The translations under genes and the position numbers were made by a program. Shown here piece by piece: positions 9,886 to 19,940 of a stretch of 64,000 nt of DNA. Source of the DNA: Octopus bimaculoides (lineage: Eukaryota); assembly GCF_001194135.2 (NCBI RefSeq), contig NC_068982.1:184213192-184277191 (forward strand). Reading direction: 5' to 3'. Numbering within the stretch: position 1 is the stretch's first letter; each line of letters starts with the position of its first letter. The notes beneath the pieces were generated by a model. The model did not search any database, was not told where the DNA came from, and saw nothing but the letters and a program-made list of their open reading frames with translations.

Positions 9886-10729
9886 CATGCATGCGTAAGC
9901 ATGTGTGGGTGCGTGTTGTACATAGACACATACAATTCAAGTTAGCCAACATGTCAAAACTTCATCAGTTTTATGTTAAACATCCCTAACAGTCCACGTC
10001 TTTTACTTTTGACCCACCACAAACAACTAGGGCCTAGCTACTAGACGAATGACAGAACCCATCCATTTAAGTATATCCATCCACCTTTCTCGTACAATAA
10101 AGCTCAGTGGTCCAAGTGCCCCATGTGATTCATTCATAATCACTACAGCAGTTTAGGAATAAAACAAAGCTTACAACGCCCGAAGAAACTCATTTATTCC
10201 TGCAAACTGCATCGCATTCATCCAGCAAGACGTCTCTTGCAAGACAACTTCTTGTAAAAAATATCTTCGTGTACCCCTCAAAATGTCCCTGTCCCCAAGC
10301 TACATCTGATCTTGCTTGTCTTCAGCTTCACAGGCGATCCTTTTTATCTCAGAAAGAATTTCCACCAGCTTAACAGAATCCTCTTTTTTTTTTTTTCGCT
10401 TCCCCACAGCCATGGTTATATAAGCAATATCCCTGCAGACAAAGGCTCTACACCTTTGCCCGTTTTCCATTCGACTCCATCTGACTTGGTAAACTTCGTC
10501 CAAATCTACTCTTTGTCATCCCATTAAATTCACCACCTTACATATACATACGTACACCACACACCCATGCACATATCAAGTACAGAAGTACTTCCTCAAA
10601 ATCACTGGCCCTGTCAATATTCCTTCCATTATCCTAAAACGTTGCACTTCATAGCTTCTTCCTATAAGCATTATATTTTTTAATGCTTCACTCGCTATGT
10701 GCTGACCTTAGGAAACATGGTATAGTGTC

Positions 10730-11520
10730 CTATTCCCAAAGTTGTTAGCATGCCGGGAATAGAAAACAATCTCTCTGATTTTGCTATCGTCCTATTGCAT
10801 TAGAGTCAAGTACTAACATCAACATTGTTCAGCATCTTGAATCTTCCTCTTCCTCCCCTCCTTCTTTTTAATGGCCATTAATGCAGCATCCGTAGAACCA
10901 GATTCACTGAAGCCTTACTCACCTATGTTATACACCAGTAGGTTCTCGAATTTAAAGAAATTTGGTGAAAGCAATGTCATCTTTGATATCAGCAAAACTT
11001 TCGGCTATGTCTGATATGCAAATTTCTTACCGAAACTTCCAGCTTACGAATTACATCCATCTTTCATTTCTTGGGCTGGTAGCTTCCTATCAAGTCGCTC
11101 TATGTCACAATATGCTGACAGAACTCTTTCTATCCTCCACTTTTAGTTTTGGTGTACGCTAGGGTTCAGTTTTGTCACTACACTCTTTCTTCTCTACATT
11201 AATGACCAACATTCCATCACTTTTAAAGGCACGTACTCTTACACAAGTGATATTACACTTAATTCCACTCTAATCTCCCCAATCGCGCATCACCCCTGTA
11301 GGAGCAAGTTAATATTGTCTCTTCCAACAGTAAAAAAAAAAACGAATCCATGATATCAAGTAAACATCACTACCCTACACACCTCTTAAACATAAACATC
11401 CGGATAACTGAAGAGATGTTAGCGTGTGTTCCCACCCCGGCATCCGAAACTCGGAGTTTTATCATGGCTACCGAGCAAGTGTCATATATTTTTAGAGATA
11501 AATTCCTCTATTTACATAAT
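10730..11520 (+). mobile_element. CR1/Jockey-like LINE reverse transcriptase relic
   Basis: YRPIAL at 10785-10802, DISKTF at 10985-11002, KLPAY, (Q>stop)GSVLS and LFLLYIND near 11160-11206; many lesions. Confidence 0.75.
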
Positions 11521-11658
11521 ATCGAGGTCTCTTTCTTTCTTTTGTTGTCCTTTCTATCAATATATATATATAAAATATATAGTTTTAGGGAAAATAACCA
11601 AGTTTCAAGAACTCATCGATGAAAATCCACTATCACATATAGAAAAATTAACAATTAA

Positions 11659-11792
11659 AAGCACAATAAATGAGTATAATATAAAGCAAAGTAAATATCA
11701 TAAGATAAATATAATATAATATTATATTATATTATATTATATTTATCTTATGATATTTACTTTGCTTTATATTATACGCATTTATTGTGCTT
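11659..11792. repeat. AT-rich near-perfect palindrome (64-bp arms, 1 mismatch, 6-nt loop) abutting an assembly gap
   Basis: 11659-11722 is the reverse complement of 11729-11792 except A11673/G11778. Confidence 0.9.
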
Positions 11793-12572
11793 NNNNNNNN
11801 NNNNNNNNNNNNNNNNNNNNNNNNNNNNNNNNNNNNNNNNNNNNNNNNNNNNNNNNNNNNNNNNNNNNNNNNNNNNNNNNNNNNNNNNNNNNNNNNNNNN
11901 NNNNNNNNNNNNNNNNNNNNNNNNNNNNNNNNNNNNNNNNNNNNNNNNNNNNNNNNNNNNNNNNNNNNNNNNNNNNNNNNNNNNNNNNNNNNNNNNNNNN
12001 NNNNNNNNNNNNNNNNNNNNNNNNNNNNNNNNNNNNNNNNNNNNNNNNNNNNNNNNNNNNNNNNNNNNNNNNNNNNNNNNNNNNNNNNNNNNNNNNNNNN
12101 NNNNNNNNNNNNNNNNNNNNNNNNNNNNNNNNNNNNNNNNNNNNNNNNNNNNNNNNNNNNNNNNNNNNNNNNNNNNNNNNNNNNNNNNNNNNNNNNNNNN
12201 NNNNNNNNNNNNNNNNNNNNNNNNNNNNNNNNNNNNNNNNNNNNNNNNNNNNNNNNNNNNNNNNNNNNNNNNNNNNNNNNNNNNNNNNNNNNNNNNNNNN
12301 NNNNNNNNNNNNNNNNNNNNNNNNNNNNNNNNNNNNNNNNNNNNNNNNNNNNNNNNNNNNNNNNNNNNNNNNNNNNNNNNNNNNNNNNNNNNNNNNNNNN
12401 NNNNNNNNNNNNNNNNNNNNNNNNNNNNNNNNNNNNNNNNNNNNNNNNNNNNNNNNNNNNNNNNNNNNNNNNNNNNNNNNNNNNNNNNNNNNNNNNNNNN
12501 NNNNNNNNNNNNNNNNNNNNNNNNNNNNNNNNNNNNNNNNNNNNNNNNNNNNNNNNNNNNNNNNNNNNNNNN

Positions 12573-12617
<45 letters not shown>

Positions 12618-12974
12618 CCACTCAGGCGTTTAAATATCAATGTACCCTTGAAATATTTTATAATGTAAACTCAAAGGTGTATACATACGAAAAAAATGCA
12701 CTCATGAAAAAAAATTAATCTGTATGACAATGATATCTTCAAAGTATTCCAAAGTATTCCAAAAATATTTTCAAAGTATTTATTTCAAAACGACAATCAA
12801 GCAGTTTATTAGTTTATTTTTCTTTCCTGACATATGCCTTGGTCACAGCCCCTGCATACGCACCAAAATCATTAAAACAACAACAACAACAACAACAAAT
12901 GTACCTATACACGCCTGTTTCCATTTTATTTCATTCATCATCATCATCATCAATAAGTAATTAATAAATACATA

Positions 12975-13016
<42 letters not shown>

Positions 13017-13017
<1 letters not shown>

Positions 13018-13224
13018 GTTTCAAAGTTTGGCACAAAGCTAGCAATTTTGGGAGATAGGTTAAGTCTATTATGTTGACCCCAGTGCTCAACTGGTGCTTA
13101 TTTTATCCACTCCGGAAGGCTGAAAGGCAAAGTCGACCTCGACGGAATTTGAACTCAGAACGTAAAGATGGATGGAATGCCACTAAGCAATTTGCCCGAC
13201 GTGCTAACGACTGTGCCAGTCCAC
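13017..13224 (-). mobile_element. SINE family A copy, just downstream of AIG1-like copy 3
   Basis: Reverse complement of the 61121-61350 consensus (GGAATTTGAACTCAGAACG, AAAGGCAAAGTCGACCTCG); tail runs into (AAT)n. Confidence 0.8.
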
Positions 13225-13232
13225 TAGATTAC

Positions 13233-13276
<44 letters not shown>

Positions 13277-13343
13277 TAATAATAATAGAGATTGCATTAG
13301 TTATTACATGTGAATAAGAAGTTGTGTCACTTGTAACATTCTT

Positions 13344-13991
13344 TTACGATCGATGGAAATTTGCAAGAGCGCTCTTCCATATCATATCGTTAATTTTGGC
13401 GCCGGATATATATACTGCTGTGATCATAGGCAACATAGAGAAAAAGAAGAAGAAGCGAGAATTGAACTTATATGAATCGAGGAATAGATAAACCCAAGAG
13501 GTAGTGTTTGTCCTCAGAAACAGAACAGTTGATTGATAGGACGCTGTGATAAAGATAATTCCAATAATGTGAGACATAACATTAAAATATGGATGGTAAA
13601 CCAGGTATTTCTCAATGAGGACCATAACGAAGGGAAGACAGTGTATGATATGGTTATTAACGTCTGTGAACAGTACGATAACATGATCATCGTCGATGAA
13701 ATATATACTCCAGAAGATTAAGAAAACGAAGGTTCCCATTGGAAAGACGATCGAATTGAAGTAGTGCGTCAAGAATTCCCGGAATGTTCTTTCTTTAGAC
13801 TTCATCGAAAGTATAATATCATAAATTAAGCTTAACAGGAAGAAAATTCCTAAAAGCCATTGATTCCATATTGTTAAAACATTCAAGTTGTGTAAGATTC
13901 CAAGAAAGCTATTCCATTTATTTTTCAGTATTGTATACGTCAGCATTAAAATACAAGTAGTGTGAAATAACAGACGAATCATTAACGCCAT
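13344..13991 (-). CDS. AIG1-like: AIG1/ADTRP family membrane hydrolase, copy 3 (215 aa, single exon)
   Basis: Colinear without gaps to copy 1 (150/215 identical by manual count). Thr40 (ACA, 13874-13872) and His117 (CAC, 13643-13641) retained. A-rich context before the ATG. Confidence 0.9.
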   Translation of the reverse strand: MALMIRLLFHTTCILMLTYTILKNKWNSFLGILHNLNVLTIWNQWLLGIFFLLSLIYDIILSMKSKERTFREFLTHYFNSIVFPMGTFVFLIFWSIYFIDDDHVIVLFTDVNNHIIHCLPFVMVLIEKYLVYHPYFNVMSHIIGIIFITASYQSTVLFLRTNTTSWVYLFLDSYKFNSRFFFFFSMLPMITAVYISGAKINDMIWKSALANFHRS

Positions 13992-14410
13992 TTTTTTTCA
14001 AGTATCAAGCAAACTGTTCGTTAAATAATGTTCTTCTGAACTGATATACAAACAATTAGTTTCATTCAATACATATATAATTTCTGTTTGTTACGTAATT
14101 TTCTATTTTCTAGCAAAAGTAGATAACAGGAAACCGCTATTAAGATCCAAAGCAGGAAAAGGCAATAGATATAAATTGTACTTTTCTCCTTTTTATCAGT
14201 TATTTAAATTTCTTTCTTCTTTTATTTTACTCTTTTCGGTCTAAATTCTTCTTGGCTTCGCGTGGTTTAATGAAACTTCTGTTTCAACCGCATTCCTGCC
14301 GTCGCCATTTTCATTAGATCAACTTCTACTACAGTGTCACGAAGATTTGAAATGCTGACTTCTGATGACGTCATAGAATACATCCATTTTTTAAAGTCAC
14401 CTGAACAGTA
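13992..14410 (-). promoter_or_regulatory. Conserved upstream module of AIG1-like copy 3
   Basis: ATGACGTCAT palindrome at 14365-14374, TTACGTAA at 14091-14098, CGCCATTTT near 14303-14311. Confidence 0.6.
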
Positions 14411-14452
14411 TGCTGTTATTAACGTTTGAGCAAAATTGGTGCATTCATTTCT

Positions 14453-14454
<2 letters not shown>

Positions 14455-14550
<96 letters not shown>

Positions 14551-14555
14551 GTAGT
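14455..14555. repeat. (AAT)n-(GAT)n compound microsatellite running into a gap
   Basis: Direct reading. Confidence 0.95.
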
Positions 14556-14743
14556 NNNNNNNNNNNNNNNNNNNNNNNNNNNNNNNNNNNNNNNNNNNNN
14601 NNNNNNNNNNNNNNNNNNNNNNNNNNNNNNNNNNNNNNNNNNNNNNNNNNNNNNNNNNNNNNNNNNNNNNNNNNNNNNNNNNNNNNNNNNNNNNNNNNNN
14701 NNNNNNNNNNNNNNNNNNNNNNNNNNNNNNNNNNNNNNNNNNN

Positions 14744-14776
<33 letters not shown>

Positions 14777-14777
<1 letters not shown>

Positions 14778-15305
14778 AAAAGCCCAGATGCAGTACCAGA
14801 CAGTGGTTCTCATGGCTTCTGATCTTAACTGATTGGAAATGTTATCATGTACATTGTTTTGTCTTGGTATAAAAAGATGGGCTACAGCAAATATTCTGCT
14901 TAATACCACAGATTTGCTTGTCAGTTGTTTGACCTTAACCAGTAGAGCATGACCCTCAGTGGCTGACGATATGTGCATCTCTGATCACGAGCAGAAGTAG
15001 TGGGGGGGGGATCATAACCATGTATTGAGAGGAATTTGGAGTTTGGATAATTCACCTCTGGAAACATGGGTGTTTTGTCCAACATCCTTAAACGACCCTT
15101 ATTCAGGGACTTTTTGAGCGGGGTGGGATACTAAACCTGAAGAAAAGTCTAACTGGGCCCCACCTGCAAGGTCAGGCGCTGTTAATCTTGATTTTGAAGC
15201 ATGTGCCTGGTGTACCCTTATCAGACGGGTAGTCATGATGGGTATACTGGACTTCGTATATTTTACCCCCGTGTCACTGTGATGGTAAGCACTACTCTCT
15301 CACTC

Positions 15306-15376
<71 letters not shown>
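14777..15376 (+). mobile_element. Unclassified retroposon-like 3' segment ending in a long (AAT)n tail
   Basis: About 530 bp of non-coding, higher-GC sequence bounded by (GAT)n on the left and (AAT)n at 15306-15376 on the right; no transposase or RT motif seen. Confidence 0.4.
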
Positions 15377-15560
15377 GTTGCCTCATCTTGGTGATCTCAA
15401 TTCTCAGGTCTCCATATTTATCAACCTTTTCTCTTTCACGATATGTTGATCTCCTGATACTGCTACGTTGGTTATTAGGAACTCTTGTTTGTCCATCCTA
15501 AAAATTACTATATCCGGCCTTGGGTGCTCTAACATCATGTCTGGAAGTAAAAATCTCAGA
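15377..15560 (-). mobile_element. RLE-endonuclease non-LTR retrotransposon fragment (inverted arm)
   Basis: Minus frame reads MLEHPRPDIVIFRMDKQEFLITNVAVSGDQHIV...DKYGDLRIE, the RPD...D...K..KY restriction-like endonuclease motif of R2/R4/NeSL-type elements. Confidence 0.8.
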
Positions 15561-15577
15561 TCTTTGCCTTCCCGTTT

Positions 15578-16040
15578 TCTGAGACTTCGACTTCCCGACA
15601 GACAAGATGTTAAAGCAAAGAAGGTCGAATATAGTAACCTTAAGGAGGGGCAAACAAGAGTGCCTAATAATTGACGTGACAGTACCAGGAGATCAACATA
15701 TCATCACGGAAGAAGGAGAAAAGATTGATAAATATGGAGACCTGAGAATTGAGAACGCTAAGATGGGGTAACTACGAGAATCAAACATAAAAGGTTGTCC
15801 CTGTTGTCATCAGAGCAATGGGTTCAATACCACCCAACTTGAAGAAACATCTGGAAACTTTAGAAATACTCTGCAGTCTTGGTGTATTACAAAAATCGGT
15901 TTTACTTGGAACTGCACGCATACTGAGTAAAGTATTGTCTGTATGAGGTCCCCGTTGTGACTTGACAGACAGTACAAACCCCCCGGTAGACACAATGTCT
16001 TCAATCAACATCACGATATTGGATACTGTGTGACATCTTC
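15578..16040 (+). mobile_element. RLE-endonuclease non-LTR retrotransposon 3' end (R4/Dong-like)
   Basis: DFDFPTDKMLKQRRSNIV...CLIIDVTVPGD...EKIDKYGDLRIE...VVPVVIRAMGSIP...LQKSVLLGTARILSKVLSV*, stop at 15944-15946, then a short 3' UTR and AAT tail. Confidence 0.85.
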
Positions 16041-16051
16041 AATAATAATGA

Positions 16052-16116
<65 letters not shown>

Positions 16117-16869
16117 TACATAGACACAGACACACACACACAGACACACACACACAGACACACACACACACAGACACACACACACACAGACACACACACA
16201 TACACACATGTGCATATATACAGAGAGAGGAGGAGAGGAGGAGGAGGAGGAGAGAAAGAGAGAGAGAGTTGACCATTTTTTTGTAGATAGGATTATCAGA
16301 AAATGAAAACGATCAGTTCCACGAGAGTGAGATAATATTTTAATAATTACATAAGTTATGGGTGACATATGGGTGAATTTCATACTCGAAAAGTACAATA
16401 TCAGACCACACTTATATAAGGCTGTTCCGTGTACTATTCGGTAATCATTCAAACTCAGGGAACATAACTAGTCAATGAGAATATACGAGGGGAAACAAAC
16501 GTGAAAAAAGGAAGAAACGCTCTTAGGGAAGGGGTATAAATTTGTTCTTGAAAGTTGGTGATGCCCTTTCAATCAGGACATGAAAATTGAGTTTGTCAGA
16601 AAAGGTCTTACATGCAGAGGAAGAAAACTATTAACGTTGAGTGTATATAACGAAGAGTGATGCAATATGTTTTATCGTTGTGAATATGTGTCAGTATTAA
16701 GCTTGTAAGTCTTCAGTATATAGATAGGTCTAATATCGAGAGAATGTGGAAGCCCGTGGCTCCCAGGGGTATTTGAACAGGAGAAAGGCTAGTGTATCTA
16801 ACCTAGAGAGAAGGTTTCCTCCAATTTAACAACAGAAATTTGTCTAGATGTATACATTTCGTAAATAGC

Positions 16870-17200
16870 TCTGACCTTATGCTATTCTTTGACTTAATGA
16901 GTAGATCTAACCTCATTCATTTCGAGATCCCTACTGGAAGAAGCAACAAACTTCGCCAGAAAATACATAATCATTGAGCAAACAGAGTTGAAGATGCATG
17001 CACGCAAAACCTCCCTTTTTGTGAGGAATCAGAAAATCAGAACCAGATGACCGATTTGATGTCTCAATGGGTTCATATAACTGAACTGAAAAATGTGATA
17101 TGTTCACGCTTTTATACTGGATATTCTACAACTAAATTCCCGCCTATGATGGATTAGGAATATCTTACGGCTGCGATGATCATACGCTAGAAACATATCT
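16870..17200 (+). mobile_element. Penelope-like element RT fragment (Naiad/Chlamys-type motifs)
   Basis: LLEEATNFARKYIII...HARKTSLF and FDVSMGSY, matching the PLE FDVTMGSYDGAE motif; frameshifted. Confidence 0.65.
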
Positions 17201-17517
17201 GTGTTTAGTAGTAAATGTCTTAACAAAGATGAGTTCTTAGAGGCTTTCCTAGATCGCTTACAAGCCTTACCATAAAACAAACAAAGAATAAATAAACATT
17301 CTTGCTGTCCCTATTGTCTTTGAAATACCTTATAGCGATCCTTAACACTAAGCCCTTCAAACTCTCTTTCTCTGAAGTCATTTTCCAAAGGGCAGTCCCA
17401 TAATAAGGAATTTAAGAATTTGAACTCGGAATGTAAAGAGCCGGAAGAAATATCGCAAAGCATTTTTCTAACGATTCTGCTAGTTTCCCAATAATCATAG
17501 AAAGTTAATCTTATCAG

Positions 17518-17606
17518 GTTAAAGAAGTGATTTTAAATTCTCAATCGCAGGATAATGCTAATAATATAGCCTGAACAGGATAAGCTACCCCTATTTTGCA
17601 GAAAAA
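17518..17606. mobile_element. Truncated copy of the short MITE at 39590-39698 (opposite orientation, one TIR)
   Basis: GTTAAAGAAGTGATTTTAAATTCTCAATCGCAGGATAATGCTAATAATATAGCCTGAACAGGATAAGCTACCCCTATTTTGCAG matches the reverse complement of 39611-39697. Confidence 0.75.
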
Positions 17607-17764
17607 AGTGTAGGTGGTTAGCTGTGGACTCGAACTCACATCTCATCTTCCATCTGTTATTTTGTTCCTATAAAGGAAGTAGTCCTCAATGTGAGAGATA
17701 GTGTCTACTGGACAATAGCCAATCTGCTTTTGTCATTGCTTTCTACCTGCGGCAATTCCTACAA

Positions 17765-17975
17765 GCTCAAAGAATCGTTAGCATGCTGGACAGGATGCTT
17801 GGCGGCATTTCGTCTGTCTTTATGCTCTGAGTTCAAATTCCGCCGAGGTCGACGTTGCCTTTCATCCTTTCGAGGTCGATAAAATAAGTACCAGTCAAGC
17901 ACTGAGGTCGATGTAATCGACTTACCTTCTCCTCCAAAATTGCTGGCCTTGTACCAACACTTGAAACCATTATTA
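17765..17975 (+). mobile_element. SINE family A copy
   Basis: B-box GAGTTCAAATTCC, body and tail CCAAAATTGCTGGCCTTGTACC shared with the other copies. Confidence 0.8.
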
Positions 17976-18313
17976 AGGCTGACTTCACATCATAGAGCTT
18001 ATCAAATGAAAAGCCACGCGTTTGATTGGCAAACAGCCGACAGCCCTGACACTTTCACTATTGATCTAGAAACTTTCACGCTTCTCTTGTTACTCCTTCC
18101 TTCTCTACTATTGTGGCCACACACGTACATTTATGTAGGCGCATGTTTATCGGTAGATGTGTGTACACATTTGTGTGCATGGTTCTGCGTGAGCGTGTAT
18201 ATTTGTGTACGTATGTATGCTTATACGTGTGTGCGTGCGCATGAATTTATGTGCTTGTGTATATTTGTTCGTGTCTTTGTGTATTATCCCATGTATTTAT
18301 ACGTGTACATGTA

Positions 18314-18354
<41 letters not shown>

Positions 18355-18636
18355 CATATATATATATATGTATGTTACTGTATTTTTCATGAGTGCTTTT
18401 ATGGTGTTCCTTTATATTTGTATATGTTTATATATCGGGGTATTCGTTTGAATTTACGCGTTCATTTATATTTCTGTGTGTTTGTCATTGTATGGAAGTG
18501 TCTCTGTGTGTTTGTCTATGTGTCTGTGTACGTGTCAGCATGTGTGTGCGTGTCTGTCTGTCAGTCAATATGTGTGCGCCTGTGAGTATCTCTAGGTTTG
18601 TTAGTGTGTGTCAGCCTGTTTTTGTCAGTTTCCGTA

Positions 18637-18637
<1 letters not shown>

Positions 18638-18722
<85 letters not shown>

Positions 18723-18745
18723 TGTGTGTGTGTGTGTGTGTGTGC
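18638..18745. repeat. (TG)n microsatellite
   Basis: Direct reading; one of dozens of TG/CA, TA, TATG, GATA, AAT and ACT arrays. Confidence 0.95.
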
Positions 18746-19346
18746 GTGCATGTATCTGTCAGTGCGTGTGTCTCTGAGTGTGTCGCATACATTACTAACT
18801 CAGCGGTTGCGAGAATGAGAGACAATATTCTCCACCCAGTTCTGGTGGTCATGTTGACTGAGCAAATTCCATTTGATGTTCTGCAATCTTATTCTCTACA
18901 AAGCCAGTCTTCACTCTACCATACACCCCCCTCCCGATTCCAGTCCGCTACAGCCCCCTTTCCTATTTCCTGGACAGCTGTTTGCTATTTGTATCTTGAT
19001 TCTTGCCCCTCAGTATGTTGCACACATCAAACATCTCAATATCAGAGCGCAACAGTTCACATATTTCACTTGCGTTTTTTTTTTTATATTTGGTTTGTAA
19101 ATGTGAGCTGTGTTAATGGTGGTAATAATAGTGGTTAGTGCTGTTGCTATAGTGGTTGTGGTTTGTGGTGGTGGGGGGAGTAGTGAGAATTACAGCGCTG
19201 GTTGTAGTGGCAGTGTGCTTTGGTAGTGATGCTTGTAGAGAAGTTGTAATTGTTATTGCTGTTTTTGGTCTTGTTTAGTCCAAAGTCAGCCTTCTTCATG
19301 CAGCAGATTTACGATCAAAGGCATACAAGTTGTAAATAACACGCCC

Positions 19347-19418
<72 letters not shown>

Positions 19419-19940
19419 ACTCATTACACATTCCTCGAGCTATGTTTTTCAATGCGTCCTTCCCTTTTTAAACACAATACAATGTGATTTAGGGTAGATC
19501 TGGCTGCTACTTCTTGCAGATCGTTAGACCGCATATGTTCTCCTCAGTGGCTCCTTCGGGTGTTGTTTTTGCAGTGTTTGATGAGAATAGTGGTATGGGG
19601 ATGTGTATGTTGTATTGTTAGTGTTNNNNNNNNNNGGGGGGGGGCGGTTGTATCACCAGTGGTAGTTGTGGTGTTGAGAGTGGTTGGAGTAATGGAGGCG
19701 GTTGTGGTAGTAACGGGCGTGGTTGGATTGGTGGAGGTAGTTGTGTAGTGGTGGTGGTGGTGGTGCTGGTGGTGGTTGCAATATAAGTTTCGTGAACGTT
19801 TAGAATACGTCCATTGATCAAATGTTCACACACGCGCCGGCGCGCATGCAGTAAATCCGCTAATGAAGCGCTTAGGTACTTGTTTATTGAAAGCCAATGT
19901 CGTGATTGTCATCGTAGCAATACCTTTGAATGGGTTTAGG

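Noticed and set aside
13533-13721. Plus-strand and alternate-frame ORFs overlapping the AIG1-like genes (also 5715-5906 and 9099-9323)
   Set aside because: Short shadow frames of hydrophobic coding sequence; starts and stops are not conserved among paralogues.
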